NCBI RefSeq assembly: GCF_963921235.1
Contig: NC_086097.1
Location: 68,636,001-68,696,000 of the forward strand
Length of the DNA: 60,000 nt
Direction of reading: 5' to 3'
DNA from: Mobula hypostoma
Lineage: Eukaryota
Position 1 is the first letter of the stretch. Each line of letters begins with the position of its first letter. This document shows, piece by piece, positions 24,334-37,802 of this stretch. The notes under the pieces are model-generated. The model did not search any database. It worked only from the letters and a program-made list of their open reading frames with translations, and had not been told where the DNA came from. The translations under genes were made by a program, and so were the position numbers.

Positions 24334-25470
24334 ATAAAAAGATTAAAGTAAGCTTGAGAGCAAGAGCAGGGTGAGAGGGATCTGGCAAGTAAGGTTAAGG
24401 GAAATCCCAAGAGGTTCTATAGCTATACTAAGATTAAACGAGTGGCTAGGGAGCAACTAAGTCCCCATAGGGTTCAGCAGGGCTGCCTACGTCACAAGTT
24501 AAAGGAGATGGGTGGGGTTTTTATTGAATACTTCTTGGTGTTCACTGGAGCGTGGTTGTTCAAGACATAGGAGAACAAGTAGAGATGTTTTGCAGGACTT
24601 AAAGAATACCAGGAAAGAGGTATTTGTAAGCTTACAATGCATTGAGGTGGATACATCTCCAGGGTCAGCCAGAATGCATCCTCAAACTTTGTACGAGGCT
24701 AGAGGAGAAATTGCAGTTGCCCTTGCAGAGGTAGTTGCTTCATCATTAACATCTTAAGTTCATGAGATTGGAAGGTAGCTAATGTCAGTCTGTTACTTAA
24801 GAAGGGGAGCAAGTCCAGCCAGGGATCTAGAGGCCAAACAGTTTGACATCAGTGCAGGGAAGTTACTGGAGAGAAGTCTAAAGTAAAAGATCTACCAAAA
24901 GATGGATAGATAAAGTCTGATAAGGACAAATCAGCATCCCTTTATGCTTAGACAACTGTGTTTGATGAATCATTTGGAGTTTTTTTGAAAAGGTAACCAA
25001 AAAGGTAAATGAGAGTAGGACAACAGATGTTACCGCATATATGCTAATCTAAAAGGTTAGCTCTCATGGATTTTAAGGAGAGCCAGTTGGGGGATTCCAA
25101 ATTAGTTCAAAGATAGAAAACAGAGGGAGGTGGTTGAAGGCTTATGACTAGGGGTCAGTGTAGAAACACATATTATTCATTATTTATACAAGTGATTTGT
25201 ATAAATGCACAAGACTTGATTAATATGTTTGTGAATGACATCAAATTAGGAAGTGTTGTTGATAGTGAGAAAGGTTATCATAGTTTACAGGGGAATTTTG
25301 ATCAGTTTGGAAGTTGGCAGAGGAGCCAACCTATCATTTTATTACAGATTTATTGAATATGCAAACAAGAAAATGAATCTCAGGAATATATATGGTGACA
25401 AATATGTACTTTGATAATAAATTTACTTTGAACGTTGAATTTTGAGTGCAAATGGATTTCAACACACATA

Positions 25471-25719
25471 CACTGTGGCCACAATATTAGGTACACCTAC
25501 TCGTTAATGCAAATTTCTAATCAGCCAATCATGTGGCAGCAACTCAATGCAAGTGGACATTGTCAAGCAGCTTAGTTGTTCTTCAGAACAAATATAAGAA
25601 TGGGAAAAAAATGTGATCCAAGTGACTTTGACCATGGAATGATTGCTGGTGCCAGATAGGGTGGTTTGAGTATCTCAGAAACTGCAAATCTCCTGGGATT
25701 TTATGCACAACAGTCTCTA
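25471..25719 (+). mobile_element. Tc1-like 5' fragment
   Basis: TA|CACTGTGGCCACAATATTAGGTACACC terminus, then a decayed transposase start (MGKKCDPSDFDHGMIAGA). Confidence 0.7.
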
Positions 25720-26110
25720 CAGTAGGGTTTCTCAACCGGGGTTCTGCAACAGATCACAATTTTTAAAAATAAACATCGTTTTTTGAACTTTGCGCAACAT
25801 GCATTGCTAGCACTAGCACTGGTGGGCAGTGACTGAGCAGCCCCGTTAGCTATCTCATTTGAGGTCTCTCAGCCCAGTATGGCAGTGCGCAGTAGGGTCG
25901 TGCTAGTAGCTTACCTTTAGAAAAATTAACTTCCATTTTCGCTTAAGCCCATTATTTACCAGAAATTTATTATGTTTGCCTTACGAGTTTTTAAAATTTA
26001 TGAAAGGGAAAGAAAGATTAAATTCAAGAGAAGTAAGCTAAGCTTAACAATGTTTTATTCAAGAAAGAGTGGCTAAAAATTTATTCTCTACTCAAAAAAG
26101 TAAAGGAAAG
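25720..26110 (+). mobile_element. hAT-like transposon end fragment
   Basis: Starts CAGTAGGGTTTCTCAACCGGGGTTC, similar to hAT/Charlie termini. Confidence 0.45.
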
Positions 26111-26119
26111 GCACATCAC

Positions 26120-26230
26120 ATCTGGAGTTTCTCCGGTTAGCAGACGATTTGCCTCCACGCCTCTCTGACGTAGTGGGGAACCACACATGAGGCAAATTAC
26201 AGCAGTGGTTTGCCATTGCCTTCTGCTGGT
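26120..26230 (-). mobile_element. RTE/BovB-like 3' tail fragment
   Basis: Minus strand reads GGCAATGGCAAACCACTGCTGTA, resembling RTE-class tails. Confidence 0.45.
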
Positions 26231-28938
26231 GAGTGTGCAATCAAGGTGTTTCTATTGATTGTAGGAAAAATATACCTGTATCTGCAAGGTCCAACTGCTA
26301 GTAAATTATATCCTGACAAAAACAACACCATGAAGACAAAAGAATATTCCAAGCAACTCCATGAAAAGGTTATTGAAAAGCACAAGTCAGGAAATGGATA
26401 TAATTTCAAGTCACAGAATATCCCTTGGAGTACAGTTAAGTCAATCATGAAGAAATGGAAAGAATATGACACAGCTGTAATCTGTCAAGAGCAGACTGTC
26501 CTCAAAAACTGAGCGACCATGCAAGAAGGGGACTAGTAAGGGAGGCCACCAAGAGACCTAGGACAATTCTGGAGGAGTTACAAGCTTCAGTGGATGAGAT
26601 GGGAGAGACTGCACATACAACAAATGTTGCCCAGGTGCTTCACCAATTGCAGCTTTATTGTAGTGACAAAGAGAAAGCCACTGTTGAAAAAAATTCATAT
26701 GAAATCTCGGCTAGAGTTTGCCAGAAGGCATGTAGGAGACTCTGAAGTCAATGGAAGGTGGTTCTATGGCCTGATGAAACCAAAATTGAGCATTTTGGCC
26801 ATCAGACTAAACATTATGTTTGGCATCAGTCAAACACCACACATCATCAAAAACACCATCCCTACCATGAAGCATGGTGGTGGCTGTATCATGCTGTGGG
26901 AATGCTTCACTGCAGCAGGTCCCAAAAGGCTGATGAAGGTAGAGGGCAAAATGAATGCAGCCAAATACAGTGAAATCCCACAGAACAATCTGAGGCAGTC
27001 TGCAAGAAAACTGCAACTTGGGAGAAGATTTGCTTTCCAGCAAGACAATGACCCCAAGCATAAAGCCAAGGCTACACAGGAATGGCTTAAAACAACAAAG
27101 TTAATGTCCTGGAGTGACCAAGTCATGAGTCCAAACCTCAATCCAATTGAGAATTTGTGGCTGGACTTAAAGGGCTGTTCACTCATGATCGCCTTGCAAT
27201 TTGACAGAGCTTGAGCAGTTTTGTAAGGAAGAATGGGAATAAAAATGCCATGTCCAGATGTGCAAAGCTACTAGAGATCTAACCACACAGGCTCAAGGCT
27301 GTAATTGCTGTCAAGGGTGCATCTATTAACTATTGACTTGAAGGATGGAAATACTTATGCAATCAATTTATTTTGTGTTTTATGTTTGTAATAATTGTAA
27401 TATGTTTGTAATCTCCAAAGCATTCGACACTATGCAAGGAGAGCTCTTATGGGATGTCCTCCTTAGATTTGGCTGTCCCAATAAATTTGTTAACATCCTC
27501 CACCAGTTCCACGATGGGATGACCGCTCGGGTGACCACAGGAGGACAAGAGTCCAAGCCCTTCCTTGTATGCACAGGGGTGAGGCAGGGGTGTGTACTAG
27601 CACCAGTGCTCTTTAACATCTTCCTCTTGTGTGTTACCAAGCTTCTCCACAATGAGATTGAAGACAGCAGCGATGTGGCAGTGAACGTCAGATTAGATGG
27701 CGACCTCTTTGATATCAGGAGGCTCCACACAACTACCAAACTCCGTAGAGAGTGGGTCCTGGAGCTGCAGTATGTAGACGACTGTGCTCTTGTGGCCCAT
27801 ACTGCGGAGGATGTTCAGACTGTCCTTGCTGTGGCAGTGAGAGCATACAGCAGGATGGGGATGACTGTCAATACCACCAAGACAGAAGTGGTTTGCCAAT
27901 GGAGTACCAGTGTCCCACCCACTCTACCTGCCTTCACTGTTGGTGATGAAAAGCTGTCAGTAGTGCCATCTTTCAAATATCTGGGGAGCACTCTCTCTGA
28001 AGATAGCGGCATTGACAACAACATCCAGAGCCACATTAAACAGGCATCAGCTGCCTTTGGGAGACTTTGGCATCGAGTCTTTCAGAACAGGAGCCTTTGT
28101 CCCTCCACAAAGGTCGCCGTATACCAAGCGGTCTGTGTCACCACCCCTTTACAGCTGTGAAGCTTGGGTAACTTACAGCTGTCACATCAAGTCCTTGGAG
28201 TACTTCCACATATGCTGCCTCCAGCGCATCCTGGGAATTACCTGGCGTGAGCGGGTGCCTCACACTGAAGTACTTGTAAAGACCAACTGCAGAAGAATTG
28301 AGGCCATGATCACCCAACATCATCTGCAGCGGCTGGGGCACGTGATAAGAATGCCCCCATGTTGGCTACCCGGCAGAGTGTTATACGGCCAGCTACATCA
28401 TGGTCGACACTCAGCTGGAGGGCCGAAGAAGCACTATAAGGATCAGATGAAGAATGCTTTCAGGAAGTGCAAGATCAGACCCCAGGACCTGGAGGAAGTT
28501 GCTGCTGACCATACCACTTGGCGACAGCTGTGTAGGGACGGGGTTCGTATTCTGGAGATGGAAGGAACAACCAGAAGACAGCAGAAGAGAGCCAGGAGAA
28601 ATGCAGCCTTGGTTGCCACCATTACCATTACCACCACCACTACTACATATATATGTCCCACCTGCAATAGAGCTTGTGGGTCCAGGATAGGACTGTATAG
28701 TCAAAGATCTCACCGTTAAAGGAGTGGACGTCATCATTGGATTTTCATGGACAATCGAAGAGAGAAGAGAGAAAATTTAGATTACTTTGGAGAGATCTAT
28801 TTTCACTTTGACACAGAAGAGCTTTTATCCTGTTGATCAGTGTCAAAAAAAGCCAAATTAAATCCACTGTGATTCGATGTTGTAAAACAATAAAACATGA
28901 AAACTTCTAAAGGGGATGAATACTATTTATAGACACTG
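26231..28938 (+). mobile_element. Tc1-family transposon (decayed transposase ~26330-27335); right TIR split by an RTE insertion
   Basis: [32 protein letters not shown] and [11 protein letters not shown] motifs; TIR resumes at ~28776 and ends ...TATAGACACTG. Confidence 0.9.
27410..28772 (+). mobile_element. RTE-clade LINE, 5'-truncated (RT plus C-terminal zinc finger)
   Basis: KAFDT, GVRQGCVLAPVLFNIF, LQYVDD, FKYLGS, LGHVIRM and CPTCNRACGSRIGL motifs; (GAAGAGA)n tail; one frameshift near 28150. Confidence 0.92.
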
Positions 28939-29384
28939 CATACTATGAATGATACTGGGGAGTATAATGGAGCAGAATGACCAAGGAGTGCAAGTTCATA
29001 GGTCATTGAAAGTGGCTTCACATATAGACAGGGTATTCAGAATAGCATTTCACATATTGGCCTTCAGTCAGGGCATTAAATACAAGTGTTGGGGTATTAT
29101 CTGTAGCTGTATAAATTGATGGTGAAGCCAAAGTTGGATTAGTGTGTATAGTTCTGGTCATAAGAAAGATGTGGTTAAACTGGAAGAGTGAAGAGAAGAT
29201 TTATAATGATGCTGCCACGACTAGTGAACTTTTTCCCCAGGTTAAGGGAGTCCAAATCTATGGGACAGAGGTTTAGGATGACAAGGAAAAGATACAAAAG
29301 GCACTTATGTGTAAACTTTTACCACACAGACAGCGGTGAATATACAGAATGAACTGCCAGAGGAAGTGTTTGAGGCAGGAATCA

Positions 29385-29648
29385 TTTATTTTATTTTTTA
29401 TTTGGAGATTCAGCATGGTAATAGACCCTTCCAGCCCAATGTGCTCACGATGCCCAATTACACTTATATAACCATTTAACCTACTAACCCATACACCACC
29501 ATCTTTGGAATGTAGGAAACCACAGTATTCTGATGAAACCCACGCAATCAGGAGAACATACAAACTCCTTATAGACAGCAGCAGGAATTGAACACAAGTT
29601 TCTGGCGTTGCAAGCATTATGTTAACCGCTACGTAACTGTGCCACCCC
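29385..29648 (-). mobile_element. tRNA-derived SINE with a CR1-like tail (HE1/V-SINE-like)
   Basis: Minus strand: GGGTGGCACAGTTACGTAGCGGTTA...GTTCAATTCCTGCTGCTGTCTATAAGGAGTTTGTATGTTCTCC; AAATAAAAAATAAA tail. Confidence 0.75.
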
Positions 29649-30529
29649 TTAGAGAAGAAGCACTTAGATAGGTATATGGAGGGATAGGACTCGAGGGAAA
29701 TGGTTTGAATGCAGGAAATTAGGAGCTGGACAGGCACCATGGGCTGTCTTAAGGGCCTGTATCTGTGCTGTATTTCTCTGTGATTCTAAGGAAACAACTG
29801 ACGTAACAAAATGAAGCATCGCACTTTAAAAGATATCTATAGTAACACCCAATTAATGTGACATGTCCGGGTCTTTGGCAGTGCCAATCTGGTATACTTT
29901 CCAGGCTACTTGATATTATCTGAAATTCACTTTCAATTCATATTTACATTGTACCAGAAATAACTTTCCAGAGTGCCCAATGAGTTGCAAGGAAACATGG
30001 AAAACAGGGCCTCTGCAAGTTTAAAGAGAATACAAGAAATGTGGTCCTGGTAAGCTTAAAGAATGTTGAGGAAATATGGGGAAATAGGGCCCGAGTAACT
30101 TTAAAGGGAGAGCTGGAAACACCGAGCTTGATGTCAAACTACTGGAATTCCAAAGAAATGGACAGCAGGTCATCATAATTTTGTTGTTCTGCTATTTGAT
30201 CATAAAATGCTGCAATTTCATATGTTTGTAGGCAAATGTAAATATGCAACCCAATAATAAAAATACAGCCAAGAAATTACTTGGAAAATATTCACTGTGT
30301 GGTACAACCCAATATCATACTCAATAATAATATGGTTAGAACAATAAACCAACATTAGTTTGTTGTAAATCCACAATCCTAAATACATGAGAAAAACTTG
30401 AGTAAAACAAGAAAACCATGCACATGCCTTTGATGCTCTGAGCAAGATCTTCCAAATTGTAGAAAACTTTACTGCTTTGGTCAGATAATTATTAAAACAC
30501 ATCACCATTTGATTTTTAATTTATTCAGA

Positions 30530-31560
30530 AGATTTGGTTCCACTAGCATGACCAATCAATATTGCTTATGCTTAACTATTTGGGAGCTGACAATCAGATG
30601 CAATATTTAAAATTCATTTTTCAAGATGCAGGCATTGCTGGGATTATTGCTTATCCTTAAATGCCCTTCAGAATGCGATGTTGAACCACTTTCTTGAACT
30701 ACTGTAATCCTGCTGGTGAACCTAAATACACAGTGCTGGAGTTACAAGATTTAGGTCCAGGAAAGGTGAATGGTACATATTTTCCAGTCAGAATGGAGTG
30801 ATTTGAAAAAGAACCTGGAGGTAATGGAGTTTTCATCAGATATCAGCTTTGATATGATGTTGAGCTTCTTGAGTGTTGGTACAGCTGACTCTTCTGGGGA
30901 AGTGGAGAGAATCAAGCTTGGAACTTGTGCCTTGTAGCTATCAAGAGATATCAGGATGTGTGTATATTATTCTCTCCAGGATGCTCAGTCTCTAACGTCC
31001 TCTTGTACCCATTGTATGAATATGAATAGTCCAGGGTTCTTTCTTGGCGATAGTGGCCCCTAAAATGTTGATGATATGGGAGTCAGCAATGGTCATATTA
31101 TTAAATGGATTAGAAGTTAAACTCATTTTAGAGATGGCCATTGGCAGGCACATTTGTAGTGTAAATATTACTTGTCAATTATTTTGAATTCTGTCTAGCT
31201 TTGCAGATGCAAACAGAATTGAACATTGCACAAACGTCACCAAACTTTTTAACTAAAGGTCATTATGAAGCAATAAAAGATGGTTGGGCCTACGACATGA
31301 ACCTGAGTACTGCTAAAGCAATATCCTAATGCAAGGATGATTGACATCTAATAGCACAAACACATTACCTTTTGGGACAGGACTCCGACTATTTAAGTGC
31401 TTTCTCCTTGATACCAGGTTGATGACACTTCCTTGATGCTATTTGGTCAAATGTCATCTTGATGTCATGGGCAGTTATTGTCAGCTATATCTGGAATTCA
31501 GCTCTATGGTCTGCATTTGAATGAGATTGAGACAAATATGAAAATGGACATTGGTGAAAA
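30530..31560 (-). mobile_element. Highly decayed ancient LINE 3' portion (L2/CR1 clade)
   Basis: GGCATTGCTGG..TTATTGCTTATCCTTAAATGCCCTT and decayed RT-like segments; recognised by resemblance only. Confidence 0.4.
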
Positions 31561-33409
31561 GTTTATTTGTAAGTAACATAAGAAAACACTAATCCAGATT
31601 AACGTGAAGTATTATTGGAAAGGGAATGAGCCAAGATATGGGTTAACAGACAGAGGGAACAATTAAGCTTGGGGCAGTGGGGAATAAGTCCAATCAAATA
31701 AACTTGATCTGTCAAACATTCTATGGCCTAGGAGATGTCTTCATCAAGGCAAGTGTTTTCAGTATTTCATCATACTCATGGGGTAACTCTGAGATGACAG
31801 CAGGATGAAGAATCTCAATAGAATGTTTAGTCAGTCTGCCTTATAGCCACAATATTTAAACATTATACTAGTCAGCTATTTCTTGCTATCATATAGTGAT
31901 TCAATTGGCTAAATTCTAGCAACAGTAGAGGTGATATCTCCAATGGCAGCTATGATGGATCAATCATTTTTTTTTAACCTCTAACAGATGCTAAATGCAG
32001 AGATTTCACCTTGGCCTTTTTACTCAGATTTTGGGTTCCACTATAATTAAGAACGGAGCTTTTTCTCCTTTTTAGTTACTTTATTGTACCCTACTATTCA
32101 AAACTTTGAAGAATTAGAAATGCCTCACTTTGAACATTCTAGGAATTTAGGTGACCTGAAATAGTATAATAAGAAAAATTGACTATCTGCTCCATACATT
32201 CAGAAATCCCAATTATTCAGCATCTGGTTCATCAAATGATGAATCTTGCATTCCCTCTTATCTCACTGAGTGCCCCAGTTGCCATACTCCCTCTCAACTC
32301 ACCAACATCCTCATTCTCATTTTACCTTTTAACTCACCTGGGCACTAGTTCCCATACTACTTTTAAACTTAACAGGTTCAATGGAAAATTTATTACAATA
32401 TTTTTAAAAGGTGAATTAAAGTGTTTGATGTATTAAGAGATAATACCATTCATGAGTCCATAAATTTTGTAGTCCAGCACCACTAATGTCTGGAGCATGC
32501 CAGATTTTCAGAACCTCATTGTAAATGACACCACACCTATTATTCAAGTACAATAAGGGCATGCTCCTCTTTAAGTAACACTCCACCTACTCAGTAGTAA
32601 AATGAATTCAGGGCCCTTGTCCCTATTAATAAAACTGTTCTACACAGAATAAAGACCATGTAGGGTTAGCACTCACAAAAAAAGAATGTGGCCAGCAAGG
32701 CCATTAAAATAAAACAATAGCTGTATTCTCAAGAATATCTGAAATGGAGCCAGGAAATCTTGAAATGTTTGCAACATTGAAGGGGACCTTCTTTATCAAA
32801 TCTTTGCTCCACAAAAGAGATTTCTTTTGCCCCTGCATCAACTTTAAATGTATGGTTCTCAGCTTGCAAAGAATATAGTTCCATCTTAGCTTATTGCTGG
32901 TTTCTGAAGGATTAGCGTTGTTTATGGAAACTACTTGTCAAAATGGTGTTCACAACATGACAGGGCTCACTCACCTCAGCACTGACCCACAAGTTCAATT
33001 ATTTTTACTTTTATTTATTCAAAAGAGTTACATGCAGATTTTAAATCAAACAGTTCTTCAAAAAAAAGTGCTTTATCCATTTTGCACTACCATATAGTAA
33101 TCTTCACTCTTAATGACAAGTATTTTTGGAAAGGCATTTAACTTCTGATTTGTTCACAAAGCAAATAATGATCCATATGATTCAGAAGCTCAATGACATC
33201 AGAAACTGGACTGTTGATTTTATTTGAACTTCTATTGGTATCATTGGTTATGGTTGGTTTATGAGCATCTGTATTTGAATGTGTAGTTACCAAAACTTGT
33301 ACAATAGAGACATCCAGCTCATACATTTCAAGTCTGCCCATGATTTGCTGCTCAATTCCAGGGGATTCTTTCCTACCAAATGTCAATTATAACTAAATAT
33401 CAGAAATCA

Positions 33410-33960
33410 CACATGACTCCAGAAGTTGTGGCTTCAAAACTGAAAGTCATGATCTAGATCAGGGGTTCCCAACCTGGGGTTAACAGATTGCTGAGTTAGT
33501 GGTAGGGGTCCATGGCATAAAAAAGGTTGGGAACCCCTGATTTAGATTCACACTTCATTCCTGTTGAGGAAATATTTCGTCATCAAAGATATAATCTCTA
33601 AAGTACTAACACCATAGATGAGATATTAAACCCAAGGCATTTTCAGATTCAAATAAACAGGTCATGGACTGGAAGCATTAATTTGGCCTCTCTTGCCACA
33701 AGCAAGGCCTGACTTACTGAATCTTCCCCAGCATTTTATGTTTTTATTTCAGATCAACAAAATCTATGTTTTATTTTTTACTTTCCATTTATAATTTACT
33801 ACATGAAAAATCAAGTGACACTATTTGAAGATCAGCTGAGGACTTTTTAGACTGACATATTCCCCTCTACCAATTTTCATATAATGTTTGTGAGGCTGTA
33901 TGTCATCTTTCCTACAAAACAGTTTAAAAGTGCATGTCAGAATTTCCTATAAACAAGAAA
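33410..33960 (+). mobile_element. Decayed Deu-domain SINE (SacSINE1/AmnSINE1-like) carrying two insertions
   Basis: AGATGAGATATTAAACCCAAGG and GACACTATTTGAAGA resemble Deu-domain motifs; interrupted by the MITE at 33460-33539 and a pLTR fragment at ~33660-33790. Confidence 0.4.
33460..33539. mobile_element. 80-bp hAT-Charlie-like MITE
   Basis: Perfect 15-bp TIRs CAGGGGTTCCCAACC / GGTTGGGAACCCCTG; 8-bp TSD ATCTAGAT / ATTTAGAT, fitting the NTCTAGAN target. Confidence 0.9.
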
Positions 33961-35052
33961 AGTCTAAATGTAAGCAATTTCTTTCTTACATTACTCTAGC
34001 TCCTCAATTTTTTTAAAATTTCATAAAATTGCTTGAAATGTCTTCATCTTTATATTAAAGGACTTATCACTTTATTCTTCCATGTATATTTCCGCAAAGA
34101 TTGAAGCATTCTAAACCTCTGACAAAATTGAACTGCAACACATGCCATGTTTATAGCACAAGGTGCAGATGAAGCAAAGTTTCACCTTGCAACAAAATAT
34201 TTTAATTCAGTGAGTTGGAGGAGCATTCTTCTTTCAGCAGCACGGACTAGAATATCAGTACATAAATATTATTTATACAGCTATATTATTTTTCATAACC
34301 TGCTGCAAACTGAGCTGCTGGAATAGTATTTTTAACTTTTTAAACTGTTAAGGCATTGGTTCCAACCTGCCTGTAAACTGTAAGCCTCAATGAATATCTT
34401 GCCTCAACATACTGACTTCAGGCTCTATGGTGGTAGGAGAAAGAATGAAAAACTCAAGGAGGAATATTAAAGACAGCAACACCATAAATTTTACCCTTGT
34501 AGAACCTTGTACCTTGTATCATTTTGGAACTAGAACAAACAGGGTATATGATAACTTGTTCCACCTTTCAATAATATTGTGGCCATTCCCTGCTCAATCA
34601 TCTTGTAATTCCCTTCAAACTCAGCTTTTAATACCCTTGAAAACGAAGCATCCATAGCCTTTCAAGGTAGAGAATTTGAAAAGATTTACAAACATTTCCG
34701 AGAAAATTTCTCCTCATCTGTCCAAAACAGTTTAGCCCTTATTCTGGGATAATCCTACATATCAGAATGAATTTCAAGTCGATAGCAAGCTAGAATGACG
34801 GTGTTAGGATTTTGGTGATTCCAATACCATATGGAAACTGCACAAATACAGCATGTTTATCAGTAGCTTTTTAAGAAAGCCTATATTAGTCCCAGATTTC
34901 CTCACCACTTATGCTGAGCATGACAACAACCCATGAGACAATTTCTACTCCAGATTCCAGATATCTCTGCAAATGGAATAAATGTTCAAAGTTGCACATA
35001 ATTAATAGACATAAAAGTACGTACGCTCAAAAACTACATCTTATTTTAATAA

Positions 35053-35269
35053 CAACACACATAAAAGTTGCTGGTGAACGCAGCAGGCCAGGCAGCATCT
35101 CCAGGAAGAGGTGCAGTCGACGTTTCAGGCCGAGATCCTTCGTCAGGAAGGGTCTCGGCCTGAAACGTCGACTGCACCTCTTCCTAGAGATGCTGCCTGG
35201 CCCGCTGCGTTCACCAGCAACTTTTATGTGTGTTGCTTGAATTTCCAGCATCTGCAGAATTCCTGTTGT
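35053..35269 (+). mobile_element. Penelope pseudo-LTR-derived fold-back mini-element
   Basis: 14-bp TSD TCTTATTTTAATAA (35039-35052 / 35270-35283); ~89-bp inverted arms spanning 35053-35235; close match to 2007-2223. Confidence 0.92.
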
Positions 35270-36162
35270 TCTTATTTTAATAAAGTTTCCTCCGATGTAT
35301 TGCCAGAGTCGGTAAAGTTCACAATGTGGTACTATTCCCTACTAACAGGATAAAGAAACCAACACATGAAACAAGGTGCTAGCTGGAGGTAGCCCATCTG
35401 GTTAACTGCTTCAACTTTATGTCAAGTTCTTGTATTAACCAACCCACTCACTCCAATTCTCAAACTACTCCAGTGCATTAAGAAAATAATTACCTTAAAA
35501 GGATTTTTTTCTTTACAGAAACTTACTTTATTCTTATTTGCATATAAACCTAAGTTGCACATCAATGCATCCCTTTAATGCCCTTTTTCACACTGGTGTG
35601 ACCAATCACCAGTGACACTCACCTTCATCATTACATAATATCATGCCTTTCTCTTAAATTCCCCCTCAATAAATACTCATATGATTACCCTCATTAAGGT
35701 GTTGCTCGTTCCTAACTTGCAGGAAAAGAGAACAAAAACAAGGGAGATTCAGAAAGCTAGAAGTGGCCCATCAGTCATCCTGGAATCAAACCTGTAGATG
35801 ATCCTAACGCCATCATGCTAGCTGACGGAATTAAGTACACCCATCCACTTGACTAATATTGACTTAATGACAGTAGCTTATGATGTGACAAGTAAAATTT
35901 GAGAGAGAAGAGTTTGGCACTTTGCATACATCCGCATGTACCTGAACATTCTCCTGTACTTGCTTCTCCTGTTTGGTCACATAAAACAATCAACTTTGGA
36001 AAGACAGTATGAATGCAGCTGAAAGCTTATTCTGCTGAATCAATGAGCTCCACCCATCCATAAATCTATTATTTCATTGGTCATTGTGATTATGTCAGCA
36101 GTGAATAAAAGGTCAAATGTAAAACAAAAACTTACCCTGATACTTCTAATTTGGCCAAAATA

Positions 36163-36478
36163 TACAAAAGCCTAAAAACATGTACCACCATAGTCCAAGA
36201 CAGCTTCTATCCTGCTGTTAAAAGGCTACTGAGTGGTGCCCTAGTACAAGACGGACTCTTGACCTCACAATTTACCTCCTTATGGCCAAGCAGTTTGTTG
36301 CCTGTTTGCACTGCACCTTCTCTGTAACTGCAAAAGTTTTATCCTGCATTCTCAGATTGTTCTCCCTTTACTACCTTAATGCACTGTTGTAATGAAATTA
36401 TCTGTATGGATAGCAATACAAGATGAAGTTTTTCACTGTACCTCAGTACATGTGACAATAAGAAACCAGATTACCAAC
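36163..36478 (+). mobile_element. Rex1/Babar-like LINE 3' end
   Basis: Reverse-complement relative of 42000-42360; ends CATGTGACAATAAGAAACC. Confidence 0.7.
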
Positions 36479-37357
36479 TTACTATCAAAAAACCCTACCG
36501 AAGAATGGGAAGAACTCCTTATAAAGGTACCAAGCTGAAGATACATTATAGAACATTTCAATATTATTGACCAGTTCAGATGTAAGTGAGACAGTTTTCA
36601 AATGGTCATTCATTTGTCACAGCAAGAGCAGGAGAAAGAAAAGGAGACAGCAACAACGAACCTGAATCAGAGGCAGAGGGATATGGAAGCTATGACCAGT
36701 TGGATATGGATACCAGCCATCCATTAACAGGATACTTCATAGGAAGCAGAAAAGAATGTTGGCCACACTAGCAAGTCCCTGACAGGCAAACCATACTGTG
36801 GACACTTTTAAGATTGAAGATATGTGAATCAAACATGAGTGATGTCACGAACCATTACTAATGTCTTTGCATACAGGCTCAACTTATGGGCATCCTGCAC
36901 ATATGAATGATCTCCCACAGATATTAGTTAATTCAAGCAAGAACTAATCTTCATAAAAATTGTTTTACGTAACCTTCCTTCCATAATTAGACACCATTGT
37001 CTCTTCCGCCACACTGCCTGTGCCACCAGATGAGGCTACTGAAATTTGCTTTGAAAATTGTCATGACAATCAAACTTGTGTAACAATAATATAGCATCCT
37101 CTGATACTTCAAGGCCAGCACCTGACACTATGAGCCTCTAAAAACATAAAATTTTAACACAGAAGAAACATCACTGTATTGATAATCCTTTGAATCATCA
37201 TGGCCTTAAGGGCTGCTGTTTAATCTCTTCTGTGAAGCTGCAGATCTTTGAGCAATAGATAGTTTATTTTCTTGCTGTGGTGATCTTTCTCCTGTCATTA
37301 TTTATTTTTTTCCTCATTGGAAATCCAAAGCAAAAGCATCACCAAGGATGAAGTGAA

Positions 37358-37802
37358 GGGCAGAACAGTAGCATATCAGTAGCGTAATGTTATTACAGAG
37401 CCAGCAGCCCAGGTTTAGTTCTGCCACTGTCGATAAGGAGTTTGTACATTCTACCCATGATAGCCAGGTGGCTACACATCCAGGTAATGGAAGTCATCCA
37501 AAAAACAAAGGATAGATCAATATGGAAAACTATGGTCACCAAAGTCCGTATCGGATATGGTACCTAGACAGACAGACAGACCCATGATTGCATGGGTTTC
37601 CTCTGGTATCATTCTATATCCCAAAGACATATGTGGAGGGCATGCTACGGTGGTGCCAGAAGCATGGTGACACTTGGAGGATGTCCCCAGCACATTCTCA
37701 GACTGTGTTAGTTGTTGATGCAAACGTCGCGTTTCACTGTATGTTTTGATGTTTTGTTATACATGTAACAATAAAGCCAATCTTTAAAGGTCTTTAATCT
37801 TT
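37358..37802 (+). mobile_element. tRNA-derived SINE, decayed and interrupted
   Basis: Head GGGCAGAACAGTAGC...TAAGGAGTTTGTACATTCT similar to 29385-29648; ends AATAAAGCCAATCTTT. Confidence 0.6.

Larger units (their letters stand above)
21770..29790 (+). mobile_element. Old, decayed CR1 ORF2 (endonuclease to 3' UTR) hosting many nested insertions
   Basis: Collinear CR1 remnants at ~21770-22245, ~23392-23847, ~24343-25326 and ~28942-29790, ending in the CR1-like 3' UTR GGGCCTGTATCTGTGCTGTA. Confidence 0.7.

Noticed and set aside
23760..24388. 204-aa and 150-aa ORFs on opposite strands
   Set aside because: They cross the element boundaries, have no recognisable domain, and are explained by the GC-rich insert
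36138..36173. Possible minus-strand exon ending in gtaagt
   Set aside because: The acceptor side lies inside a Rex-like repeat fragment, so the splice-like signals are probably chance
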